47,828 nucleotides of DNA from Saprospiraceae bacterium (lineage in GTDB: Bacteria > Bacteroidota > Bacteroidia > Chitinophagales > Saprospiraceae). Both the position numbers and the translations under genes were made by a program. Each line of letters begins with the position of its first letter. Within the stretch, counting starts at the first letter, position 1. Positions 28,822 to 37,417 of the stretch are shown here, one piece after another. The DNA lies in assembly GCA_043778415.1 (NCBI GenBank), contig JAYWGG010000356.1:1-47828 (forward strand), in the 5' to 3' direction. Below the pieces are notes generated by a model. It ran no database searches, was not told where the DNA came from, and saw nothing but the letters and a program-made list of their open reading frames with translations.

Positions 28822-31722
28822 ATGACGAATAAAGAAAAAGGTTTGAAGAAAGTGATGGAGTTGGTCGCTCGCTTTGAGGAGCAACTTCCTGCGTACACGA
28901 AATCTAATTACAACGAAACGCAGGTGCGTATAGATTTTATTGACCCGTTTTTTCAGGCATTGGGTTGGGACATTGACAATACGCGAGGGCTGGCGGAAAG
29001 CTATAGAGAAGTAATCCATGAAGACCGCGTAAAAGTGGGCGGTGCTACCAAAGCTCCTGACTACTCGTTTAAGTTGAGTGGTGGGCAACGTTTATTTTTT
29101 GTAGAAGCCAAAAAGCCAAGCATACTTATAAAAAATGCGATGCAGCCTGCTTATCAAGTTCGGAGATATGGTTGGAATGCGAAATTAAACGTAAGTCTTA
29201 TCACCGATTTTGAGGAATTTGCTGTCTATGACTGTACCAAAAAGCCCAATCCAACTGACCAAACCAGCGTGGCAAGGCTTGAATATTTGACATTCCGGGA
29301 GTACGAAAAAAAGTGGGATTTTCTTTGGAATACTTTTAGCAAAGAAGCAGTAATCAATGGCAGCTTTGATAAATTTGTCGCTACTACCGCGACTAAAAAA
29401 GGAACTACGACCGTCGATAAAGAATTTTTAATCTCCCTCGACCAGTGGCGGACTTTACTCGCCGAAACCATTAGCAAAGACAATAAGCAACTCAACGAAG
29501 ACGAACTAAATTTTGTAGTCCAACAAACTTTGGACCGAATAATATTTTTGAGAATCTGCGAAGACAGAGGTATTGAACCCTACGGAAGTTTGCAGGAGGC
29601 TCTGAAAAGCGGTGACTATTACAAAAATCTTTTGCAAGAGTTCAAACAAGCCGACCAAAAATACAACAGTGGTCTATTTGACTTCAAAAAAGATACTACC
29701 AGCCGCCAAGTAAGCATCAATAACAAGACGCTCTACACAATTATAGACCAGCTCTATTATCCAGAGTGTCCTTATGAGTTTTCGGTGTTGAGTGTAGAAA
29801 TATTGGGAAGTGCCTACGAACAGTTTTTGGGAAAAACAATTACCATCAACACGCGCGGCAAAGCGGTCATAGAACTAAAGCCCGAAGTAAGAAAAGCGGG
29901 CGGCGTTTATTATACTCCTCAGTATATCGTGGATTATATTGTAGCCAACACCGTAGGAAAACTAACGGTTGGTCTGACCCCGACGCAAGTAAGTGAGTTA
30001 AAAATAGTAGATCCAGCCTGTGGCAGTGGCAGTTTTTTGTTGGGGGCGTATCAGTATCTATTGTACTGGCACAAAGATTATTATGCTCAAAATAACACAA
30101 AAAACACACTCACGCCCGAAGGCAATCTGACCACCACCGAGAAAAAAAGAATATTGCTCAACAATATTTATGGCGTTGATATAGATACCAATGCGGTAGA
30201 AGTAACCAAACTTTCTTTGCTGCTCAAATGTATGGAGGGCGAAACTCAAGCCAGTATTGCCCAACAAATGACTATCTTCAAAGAGCGTGTGCTGCCTACG
30301 CTCGACGAAAATATAAAGAGCGGCAACAGCCTGATAGACACAGATTATTACGACAATCAATTAGACTTTGGCGAAGAGCGGAAAATAAAACCGTTCAACT
30401 GGCAAAAAGCGTTTCCTGCGGTGTTCAATAGGAATGTACAGATTGATAATTCTTTGCCGTTCAAGGAGCAATATGACAAAGTGAAGAATTTGGACGCTAC
30501 GACCAAAGAGTTTATCAGCAGTATCGTCCGCGAACCAGTAGCTCAATACGGAACAAAAAACAACGGAGGCTTTGATGTAGTGATTGGAAATCCGCCGTAT
30601 GTAGATTATAGGCTAATTGGTGAGAATCAAGTTCGGTATTTAAACCAAAAATATCAATCTACACAAACAAAAGAAAAATGGAGTTTATATTTACCATTTG
30701 TAGAGTTAGGAACAAAAATATTACGTCCAAATGGAATGTATGGTAACATTATACCTAATACTTTTTTATCAGCAGACTTCGGAAAACCAACAAGGAATCT
30801 ACTACTCAATAAAACATCAATCAATGAAATTGTAGATGTGTCTGTTCTAAAAGTATTTGGTAGTGTGGGGACGTATCCAATTCTATTATTTTATACCAAT
30901 GCTTTTACGATTACTAATGAAATTAAGATTAGTAACCCGAAGTCTTCAGCCGAAATAGAAAATTTACGTTTTGAAAAAATTAAACAATCAGACATAGTTT
31001 CCAAGAACCAGAACTACATCATTTCGACCGCCTACAACAGTAACAATTTTAATCTCATTCAAAAAATTGAAAAACAAGGCGAAATTCTAAAGAATATTGC
31101 TACTAAATTTAGTTGGGGTACATCAATTGTTGGCTTTAAATCTTACAAAATATCCGAAAATGACTATAAAAAATTGAGTGAAAAAGATAAATTGATGTAC
31201 CGAAAAGTATTGCAAACGGCAGATATTAAAAATTATGGAATACAATGGAAAAAAGAATACATAGACAAATCAATTTATTCGGAAAATGTTAAAGAATGCT
31301 TCGAACAAGATAAAATAGTTATAGCAAGGCTTACAAAAAGAATACAAGCAACATTAGATACTCAAAAATATTATTTAGGAAAATCCTCTCAAATTATTAC
31401 CGACAAAATAGACGCAAAGTATTTATTGGCTTTACTGAATTCAAATATTTTAAACTATTTTTTTTCTATAAAATTTACCAACACACATTTGGCTGGTGGT
31501 TATTTGCGCTTTGATATTCCTTACCTTCAGCAGTTACCAATCAGAATAATTGATACCAAAAAGAGCAATGAAAAACAAATTCAAAACCAAATTATTTCCT
31601 GTGTCGAACAATTATTGACGCTCAACAAAGACCTACGAACCGCCAATCTCGATACCCAAAAGCAACAGATAAAAATGAGAATAGACTACAATGAAGACAA
31701 AATAAACGCTTTAGTATATTAA
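28822..31722 (+). CDS. Type IIG restriction-modification enzyme (Eco57I-family; nuclease, gamma-class N6-adenine methyltransferase and specificity domain fused)
   Basis: 966 aa. N-terminal PD-(D/E)xK (APDYSF...LFFVEAKKP). Motif I VDPACGSGSFLL. Motif IV VVIGNPPYV. C-terminal TaqI-like specificity region. Ends at an in-frame TAA just before a conserved tail. Confidence 0.85.
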   Translation: MTNKEKGLKKVMELVARFEEQLPAYTKSNYNETQVRIDFIDPFFQALGWDIDNTRGLAESYREVIHEDRVKVGGATKAPDYSFKLSGGQRLFFVEAKKPSILIKNAMQPAYQVRRYGWNAKLNVSLITDFEEFAVYDCTKKPNPTDQTSVARLEYLTFREYEKKWDFLWNTFSKEAVINGSFDKFVATTATKKGTTTVDKEFLISLDQWRTLLAETISKDNKQLNEDELNFVVQQTLDRIIFLRICEDRGIEPYGSLQEALKSGDYYKNLLQEFKQADQKYNSGLFDFKKDTTSRQVSINNKTLYTIIDQLYYPECPYEFSVLSVEILGSAYEQFLGKTITINTRGKAVIELKPEVRKAGGVYYTPQYIVDYIVANTVGKLTVGLTPTQVSELKIVDPACGSGSFLLGAYQYLLYWHKDYYAQNNTKNTLTPEGNLTTTEKKRILLNNIYGVDIDTNAVEVTKLSLLLKCMEGETQASIAQQMTIFKERVLPTLDENIKSGNSLIDTDYYDNQLDFGEERKIKPFNWQKAFPAVFNRNVQIDNSLPFKEQYDKVKNLDATTKEFISSIVREPVAQYGTKNNGGFDVVIGNPPYVDYRLIGENQVRYLNQKYQSTQTKEKWSLYLPFVELGTKILRPNGMYGNIIPNTFLSADFGKPTRNLLLNKTSINEIVDVSVLKVFGSVGTYPILLFYTNAFTITNEIKISNPKSSAEIENLRFEKIKQSDIVSKNQNYIISTAYNSNNFNLIQKIEKQGEILKNIATKFSWGTSIVGFKSYKISENDYKKLSEKDKLMYRKVLQTADIKNYGIQWKKEYIDKSIYSENVKECFEQDKIVIARLTKRIQATLDTQKYYLGKSSQIITDKIDAKYLLALLNSNILNYFFSIKFTNTHLAGGYLRFDIPYLQQLPIRIIDTKKSNEKQIQNQIISCVEQLLTLNKDLRTANLDTQKQQIKMRIDYNEDKINALVY

Positions 31723-31770
31723 CTTTACAACCTGACGGACGAAGAAATAAAAATCATAGAAAACAACTGA
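31723..31770 (+). other. In-frame post-stop extension encoding the conserved C-terminal tail of the Type IIG enzyme
   Basis: Codons immediately after TAA (31720-31722) read LYNLTDEEIKIIENN then TGA. With the preceding ...INALVY this recreates the VYxLYxLTxEEIxIIE ending that I recall for this family. Confidence 0.6.
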
Positions 31771-31798
31771 TGCTGGCTACCGAAAAAAAGACTCAAAC

Positions 31799-31825
31799 TT
31801 ACCGACACCTTTAAGGTGTCGGTAA
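31799..31825. repeat. REP-like palindromic hairpin, copy 2
   Basis: ttaccgacacc-tttaa-ggtgtcggtaa. The core accgacaccttt[a/g]aggtgtcgg[t/c]aactt is shared with 3903-3931. Confidence 0.7.
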
Positions 31826-31836
31826 CTTGCAGCCCC

Positions 31837-33162
31837 TCACTCAAACACGACGCTCAAACTTTCGCAAATCATATCGGCGGCGTGCGATAGGTCTTCTTCG
31901 CTGTGCGCTGCCGAAACGAAGCCGACTTCGTAGCCCGAAGGTCCAAAATAAATGCCTCGGCGCAGCATTTCGTAGTGCATTATTTTAAATTTTTCCATGC
32001 TCGCGGGGTCGATTTGCCCCGCCGTCACGATGCGTTCATCGGTGAATGCAATCCAGAAAATAGAGCCGATTTGGGTGATTTTTACGCCAAAATTATTTTT
32101 GTCACAAAACGATTGTATTTTTTGGACAAAAACGCTGGTCTTGTGTTCGAGGTTTTCATAAAAATTTGGTTCGAGCAGTTGTTGGGCTGCTGCGATACCG
32201 GCTGCCATCGCTACGGGATTGCCCGATAGCGTTCCCGCTTGATAGACGGGTCCGTCGGGCGCAATCAATCCCATGAGTTCGGCACTCGCGCCATACGCCC
32301 CGACGGGCATTCCGCCGCCGATGATTTTTCCGTAGGTGACGATGTCGGGCTGGATATTGTAGTAGCCTGCTGCGCCCTCGAAGCCGACTCGGAAGCCGGA
32401 GATGACTTCGTCAAAAATCAAAAGCACGCCGAATTTGTAGCATTTTAGGCGCAAACACTCCAAAAAAGAGCGGTCTTGGAGCAGCAGTCCGTTGTTGGCG
32501 GGGATTGGCTCGATGATGACGCAGGCGATGTCGTGACCCTGTGTTTCGAGCATTTCGTGGAGTGCGGCACGGTCGTTGAGGGGCAGTACGAGCGTTTCTT
32601 TGGCGAATACTTCTGGAATCCCCGCCGAAGTGCTGACCCCGAATGTGACCAATCCCGAACCCGCTTTTACGAGCAGCGAATCCACATGACCGTGGTAGCA
32701 ACCTTCGAACTTGACGATTTTGGTCTTGCCCGTATAGCCTCGCGCGAGCCGAATCGCTGACATGACGGCTTCCGTACCACTGCTTACGAAGCGTATTTTT
32801 TCGATAAAACGGTTGTTTTCGATGAGTAATTTTGCCAGCTCGACCTCGTCGGGCGTGGGCGCACCAAAGGAAGTACCGCGATGAATGGCAGCAATCACGC
32901 TTTCGCGAATCTTGGCGTTGTTGTGACCCAAAATAAGCGGACCCCACGAGCAGCAAAAGTCTATGTACGTTTTGTCGTCGGCATCTGTGATGTGGCAGCC
33001 GTCGCCTTTTTGGATAAAAAGCGGCGGACCGAACACGGATTTGAAGGCTCTGACTGGCGAATTTACGCCTCCCGGCAAGTATTTTTTGGCTTCTACAAAC
33101 AGTTCTGCCGAGCGGCGACGCGCCACAGCAATTTCTTCGTCTATTTTCTTACTATTCATCAT
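31837..33162 (-). CDS. hemL: Glutamate-1-semialdehyde 2,1-aminomutase
   Basis: 441 aa with LPGGVNSPVRAF and a class-III aminotransferase core (FDEVISGFR). Confidence 0.93.
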   Translation of the reverse strand: MMNSKKIDEEIAVARRRSAELFVEAKKYLPGGVNSPVRAFKSVFGPPLFIQKGDGCHITDADDKTYIDFCCSWGPLILGHNNAKIRESVIAAIHRGTSFGAPTPDEVELAKLLIENNRFIEKIRFVSSGTEAVMSAIRLARGYTGKTKIVKFEGCYHGHVDSLLVKAGSGLVTFGVSTSAGIPEVFAKETLVLPLNDRAALHEMLETQGHDIACVIIEPIPANNGLLLQDRSFLECLRLKCYKFGVLLIFDEVISGFRVGFEGAAGYYNIQPDIVTYGKIIGGGMPVGAYGASAELMGLIAPDGPVYQAGTLSGNPVAMAAGIAAAQQLLEPNFYENLEHKTSVFVQKIQSFCDKNNFGVKITQIGSIFWIAFTDERIVTAGQIDPASMEKFKIMHYEMLRRGIYFGPSGYEVGFVSAAHSEEDLSHAADMICESLSVVFE

Positions 33163-33275
33163 GTATATTGAAACACAAATTTAGCAAAAAAGTGCTTGAA
33201 AAGTAAGAGAATTTTTGTTTAGAAATGAGGAAAAATAGAAAGTGTTGTTTTTTCTTGCTTTTTTTCTAAAATTAA

Positions 33276-34361
33276 CTACATCATCGCTACAAAATCATCG
33301 AACAAATACCTTGCGTCGTGCGGACCGGGTGCAGCTTCGGGGTGATACTGTACCGAAAAAGCGGGTTGGTGTTTGAGGCAAATGCCTTCTATGGAGTCGT
33401 CGTTGAGGTTGATGTGGGTGATTTCTATTTGTTCGTGCTTAGCGCGGACGGTGTCGGGGTGGATACCGAATCCGTGGTTTTGGCTGGTGATTTCGCACTT
33501 TCCTGTCCGCAAATTTTTCACGGGGTGATTGATGCCGCGATGTCCGTTGTGCATTTTATAGGTCGGAATATCCAACGCCAGTGCCAAAAGTTGATGCCCC
33601 AGACAGATGCCGAAAAGCGGTTTTTTGGCGGCTAAAATTTCTTTCACCGTAGTCACGGCATACTGCATCGGCTCGGGGTCGCCGGGTCCGTTGGAGAGAA
33701 AATAGCCGTCGGGCTGCCATTTTTGGAGTTCTGCAAAAGTGGTTCGGGCGGGAAATATTTTCAGAAAACAATCTCTATCTATCAAATTGCGGAGAATATT
33801 TTGCTTGCAGCCAAAATCCAACACGGCGACTTTGTGCTTGGCACTTGGGTTGCCGAGCGTGTAGGCTTCTGCGACGCTGACCACGCTCGCCAGCTCCAGA
33901 CCGCTCATGTCGGGAACTTTTTTGAGTTGCTCCGCAAGTATCTGAATATCAGTTACTTCTGACGAAATAATTCCATTCATGGCACCTTTGCTGCGAATGT
34001 GCAGCACGAGGGCGCGGGTATCTACGTCGGTGATGCCGACCAAATGCTCGTTTTCAAAGTAAGTTTGTAGGCTTTCGTCTGCCATTGGGCGCGAAAATCC
34101 TTCGTTGAAAGTATGACAAATAAGTCCTGCTATTTGAGGTTGAGCGGACTCTGCGTCTGTTTTTTTAGTACCGTAATTGCCGATGTGGGCGTTGGTGGTC
34201 ACGAGCAGCTGACCGAAGTAGGAGGGGTCTGTAAAAATCTCTTGGTAGCCCGTCATGCCTGTGTTGAAACAGATTTCGCCAGTGGCGGTGCCGATTTTTC
34301 CAGCCGCTTTGCCATGCCATACGCTGCCGTCGGCGAGTAAAAGTATTGCAGAAGTAGTCAT
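33276..34361 (-). CDS. carA: Carbamoyl-phosphate synthase small (glutaminase) subunit
   Basis: 361 aa. N-terminal LLLADGSVWHGKAAG...GEICFNTGMTGYQE. GATase triad region GICLGHQLL and ...QYHPEA. Confidence 0.93.
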   Translation of the reverse strand: MTTSAILLLADGSVWHGKAAGKIGTATGEICFNTGMTGYQEIFTDPSYFGQLLVTTNAHIGNYGTKKTDAESAQPQIAGLICHTFNEGFSRPMADESLQTYFENEHLVGITDVDTRALVLHIRSKGAMNGIISSEVTDIQILAEQLKKVPDMSGLELASVVSVAEAYTLGNPSAKHKVAVLDFGCKQNILRNLIDRDCFLKIFPARTTFAELQKWQPDGYFLSNGPGDPEPMQYAVTTVKEILAAKKPLFGICLGHQLLALALDIPTYKMHNGHRGINHPVKNLRTGKCEITSQNHGFGIHPDTVRAKHEQIEITHINLNDDSIEGICLKHQPAFSVQYHPEAAPGPHDARYLFDDFVAMM

Positions 34362-34367
34362 AAAATT

Positions 34368-35324
34368 TTATTTTTTGAACATTGCGTCCACGAAGGCGCG
34401 CTTGTTAAAAATTTGTAGTTGATGAATGGATTCGCCTACGCCGATGTATTTGATGGGTATTTTGAACTGGTCGCTGATGCCGATTGCGATGCCGCCTTTT
34501 GCGGTACCGTCCAATTTGGTCAATGCCAGCGCGCTGACTTCGGTGGCGGCGGTGAACTGTTTGCACTGTTCCATGGCGTTTTGTCCGGTCGTAGCGTCCA
34601 AGACGAGGAGGACTTCGTGGGGTGCGTTGGGCAATTTTTTTTCGATGCTTCGCTTTATTTTAGAAAGTTCGTTCATCAAGTTTATTTTGGTGTGGAGTCG
34701 TCCAGCCGTATCAATAATGCAAACATCGCAGTTATTTTCGACTGCAAAATTGACGCTTTCAAAGGCAACTGCGGCGGGGTCGGCTTCCATTCCCTTGCTA
34801 AAAAAATGGCAGCCTACACGGTCTGCCCAAATTTTGAGTTGATCTACGGCTGCTGCACGAAATGTATCTCCAGCTCCCAATACGACTGATTTTCCTTGTT
34901 GCCGAAATTGGTACGCCAGCTTGCCAATCGTGGTCGTTTTGCCAACTCCGTTCACGCCTACCACCATGATTACGTAGGGGCGTTGAGCGACGGGCGGTTC
35001 AAAACTATCAATTTCGGCGGTATTATTTTCGGCGAGGAGTTGGACGATTTCGTCCCTCAATATTTCGTTGAGTTCGTCTGTGTTGAGGTATTTGTCGCGA
35101 GCGACTCGGGCTTCGATGCGGTCAATAATCTTGACGGTTGTTTCCAATCCGACATCGGAGGAGATAAGGATACTCTCCAACTCGTCCAAAACTTCCACAT
35201 CTACTGTTGTTTTTCCTGCAACTGCTCGGGAAAGTTTAGAGAAAAGCCCTTCTTTTGTTTTCTCCAAGCCTTTGTCGAGGTCTTGTTCTTTTTCTTTGCT
35301 AAAAAATTTTTTAAAAAAACTCAT
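34368..35324 (-). CDS. ftsY: Signal recognition particle receptor FtsY
   Basis: 318 aa. SRP GTPase motifs VGVNGVGKTTTIGKLA, IDTAGRL, LTKLDGTAKGG. Confidence 0.95.
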   Translation of the reverse strand: MSFFKKFFSKEKEQDLDKGLEKTKEGLFSKLSRAVAGKTTVDVEVLDELESILISSDVGLETTVKIIDRIEARVARDKYLNTDELNEILRDEIVQLLAENNTAEIDSFEPPVAQRPYVIMVVGVNGVGKTTTIGKLAYQFRQQGKSVVLGAGDTFRAAAVDQLKIWADRVGCHFFSKGMEADPAAVAFESVNFAVENNCDVCIIDTAGRLHTKINLMNELSKIKRSIEKKLPNAPHEVLLVLDATTGQNAMEQCKQFTAATEVSALALTKLDGTAKGGIAIGISDQFKIPIKYIGVGESIHQLQIFNKRAFVDAMFKK

Positions 35325-35389
35325 AGTTGGTCGTTTTGATGTTGTTTCGGGAGGTTTTAATTTTTACAAATTGGGTTTGGGAACGAATC

Positions 35390-35477
35390 ATGTTGAATTA
35401 TCAACATCGAACAGATTATACAAGATTTCGGTATTCGATATTCCTTATTCGGTATTCGATATTTGATGTTGAATTAT
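35390..35477. repeat. Nested direct repeats upstream of ftsY
   Basis: atgttgaattat at 35390 and 35466 flanks two copies of ttcggtattcgatatt (35427-35442 and 35448-35463, period 21 bp). Confidence 0.6.
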
Positions 35478-35528
35478 TTTATTTTTTCTTTCCCAAAAAA
35501 AACCCATTCCGAGCTTCTGACAAAAGAC

Positions 35529-35566
35529 AAAAGGCTTTTCTTTTGACAATCAAAGAAAAGCCTTTT
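35529..35566 (-). terminator. Intrinsic terminator after the rpmB-rpmG-DUF4295 cluster
   Basis: Perfect 15-bp stem aaaaggcttttcttt / aaagaaaagcctttt with an 8-nt loop, 55 nt past the DUF4295 stop. The downstream sequence on the minus strand is T-rich. Confidence 0.65.
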
Positions 35567-35620
35567 GCAGAAAAATAGTTTTAAACACACTGCGCAAGAG
35601 CTGTCGGGGGGCAAAGTAAA

Positions 35621-35800
35621 TTACTTCGCTCCGAAAAATTCTTTCGTCTTGTCTTTATGAACGATTTGTTCTTTGTAAGTATATTTGCCCGTCACGGGGT
35701 CTTTGATACTTTTTATAACGCGTACATGGTCTTTTCCAGAGCCTGCATTGGGGTCACGTTGCTTACCAACACGCGAGTTTTTTGATACTTTCTTTGCCAT
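35621..35800 (-). CDS. DUF4295-family small protein (below the ORF-track length cutoff)
   Basis: My own translation of the minus strand: MAKKVSKNSRVGKQRDPNAGSGKDHVRVIKSIKDPVTGKYTYKEQIVHKDKTKEFFGAK. The position between rpmG and ftsY is typical for Bacteroidota. Confidence 0.7.
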   Translation of the reverse strand: MAKKVSKNSRVGKQRDPNAGSGKDHVRVIKSIKDPVTGKYTYKEQIVHKDKTKEFFGAK

Positions 35801-35853
35801 GATTGATTATTGATTAAATAATTTTGAATGAATTGGAGGAATGAGCGCGGCGA

Positions 35854-36042
35854 CTACTTGATTTCACGGTGCACCGTAATCTTGCGCATCACCGAATTGT
35901 ATTTTTTCAATTCTATGCGGTCGGGCGTATTCTTACGATTTTTTTCTGTGATGTAGCGCGATGTACCCGGAAGACCACTGGCTTTGTGTTCCGTACATTC
36001 CAAAATAATCATAATGCGATTACCTTTACTTTTCTTTGCCAT
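35854..36042 (-). CDS. rpmG: 50S ribosomal protein L33
   Basis: 62 aa: [20 protein letters not shown]...[19 protein letters not shown]. Confidence 0.93.
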   Translation of the reverse strand: MAKKSKGNRIMIILECTEHKASGLPGTSRYITEKNRKNTPDRIELKKYNSVMRKITVHREIK

Positions 36043-36109
36043 TTTATGTTGCTATTAAAAAATTATCGAAATTGAAAAGCTCAAAATTTTATTTCTGAAC
36101 TCAAAAAAA

Positions 36110-36358
36110 CTACAGTTTTATTCCTGTATCAACGCCTGCTTTGTGCAGTTTTTTCAGGTAGGCGTACAGACCCAACTTGTTGATGGTGCGGATAGCGTGC
36201 GCCGTAATGCGGAGCGTCACCCATTCGCCAGTTTCAGGCATAAAAAAGCGTTGCTTTTGCAAATTTGGTAAAAAACGACGGCGCGTTTTTGCGTTGGAGT
36301 GCGACACGTTGTTGCCTGTAATCGGGCGAACACCTGTCAGTTGACAAACTTTAGACAT
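36110..36358 (-). CDS. rpmB: 50S ribosomal protein L28
   Basis: 82 aa: MSKVCQLTGVRPITGNNVSHSNAKTRRRFLPNLQ. Confidence 0.93.
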   Translation of the reverse strand: MSKVCQLTGVRPITGNNVSHSNAKTRRRFLPNLQKQRFFMPETGEWVTLRITAHAIRTINKLGLYAYLKKLHKAGVDTGIKL

Positions 36359-36432
36359 TTTTTTTTATTTGAATGTAATTCAATAAGAAATGAAGACAAA
36401 ATAAGTAAATTATTTTACACACATTCCTAATG

Positions 36433-36506
36433 TGACTTCGAAAGGATTCGAACCTTTAACCTCCTGATCCGTAGTCAGGGACTCTATCCAATTGAGCTAC
36501 GAAGCC
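36433..36506 (-). tRNA. tRNA-Arg (anticodon ACG)
   Basis: Hand-folded 74-nt cloverleaf. Acceptor GGCTTCG/CGAAGTC, D arm GCTC-AATTGGATA-GAGT, anticodon arm CCTGA-CTACGGA-TCAGG, T arm AAAGG-TTCGAAT-CCTTT, discriminator A. CCA is not encoded. Confidence 0.9.
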
Positions 36507-36590
36507 AATCCTAATTTTATTACTATAAAATACCTCACAAAGTTACATTCCAAAGTAATGGTTTGCAAATTCTTTGTATAAAATATTTTT

Positions 36591-37178
36591 TTATTTTTTA
36601 GTTTTTGCAGCTTCTGTTGCTGCGCTACGCAATGCACGCGGGATTTCAATAATCGCTACTGGAATGCTCGGCGAGTTGATTATTTCTACGCCTTCGCCGA
36701 CCGTGATGTCGCGAACACGTATAGATTGACCCAAATCCAAGCCGCTGATGTCGAGTATCAACTCGTCCACCAACCTATCGGGAGTGGTTTTGATTTCTAC
36801 TCGGCGCACCATCTGCAACAATTTTCCGCCTGCCTTTACGCCTGGAGAAACTCCTTTGAAACGCACTGGAATACCTACTTTTACCTGCTTTCCGGGTACT
36901 AACTCCAAAAAATCCATGTGCATCAAAACTTCCGACACTGGGTGAAACTGCATAGACTTGACGATGCACTCAACTGTCTTTCCGCCGATGGTGATTTTAG
37001 CTGTTTTGAAGTCCGGTGTATATACCAAGTGGCGTACTTCCTTTGGGGAAGTAGCAAAATGGATAGTTTCGGTGCCGCCATATATTACGCAAGGCACTAA
37101 ACCGTCGTTTTTGGTAGCTTTTGAGCCTTTCTTGCCGAGTGCTACTCGGGGTGTTCCTGCTATTGCAATGGATTCCAT
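36591..37178 (-). CDS. rplY: 50S ribosomal protein L25 / general stress protein Ctc
   Basis: 195 aa. LVPCVIYGG...HFATSPKEV, with the longer Ctc-type C-terminal domain. Confidence 0.88.
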   Translation of the reverse strand: MESIAIAGTPRVALGKKGSKATKNDGLVPCVIYGGTETIHFATSPKEVRHLVYTPDFKTAKITIGGKTVECIVKSMQFHPVSEVLMHMDFLELVPGKQVKVGIPVRFKGVSPGVKAGGKLLQMVRRVEIKTTPDRLVDELILDISGLDLGQSIRVRDITVGEGVEIINSPSIPVAIIEIPRALRSAATEAAKTKK

Positions 37179-37355
37179 TGGTCGATATTTACAAATTGAT
37201 TGAGTAGTAATTACATTTTTGAGGGCGCAGAACTAACCGCTATCTTCAAAAACGACTGCAAAGGTAGTTATTTATTTTGTTTTATTCCAAATGTTTTTAT
37301 AATTTTTATATTTTTTATCAAAAAAAGTTATCCACACATTTCTTTATCACAAAAA

Positions 37356-37394
37356 AAAGCCTCTCACTCGGTTAAGAATGAAAGGCTTTTTTTT
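37356..37394 (-). terminator. Probable intrinsic terminator after the susD-like gene
   Basis: Imperfect hairpin aaagcct(c)tca ... tga(a)aggcttt, flanked by an A-run and a T-run, about 30 nt past the susD-like stop. Confidence 0.5.
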
Positions 37395-37417
37395 ATTTTG
37401 CGGTCATTGATGGTTTA

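Noticed and set aside
28822-31722. Possible BREX PglX, given the large Eco57I-type methyltransferase with an NPPY motif.
   Set aside because: No other BREX components (PglZ, BrxC/PglY, BrxA/B, BrxL) lie on either side; the flanks are a lipoprotein gene and hemL. An N-terminal PD-(D/E)xK nuclease motif is present. A stand-alone Type IIG enzyme is the simpler reading.
35427-35463. Short tandem-like repeats here, together with the four-motif array at 18478-18593, considered as a possible miniature CRISPR array.
   Set aside because: The repeat units are only 8-16 bp and there are two to four copies. The spacers are not of uniform CRISPR length, and there are no cas genes in the window.
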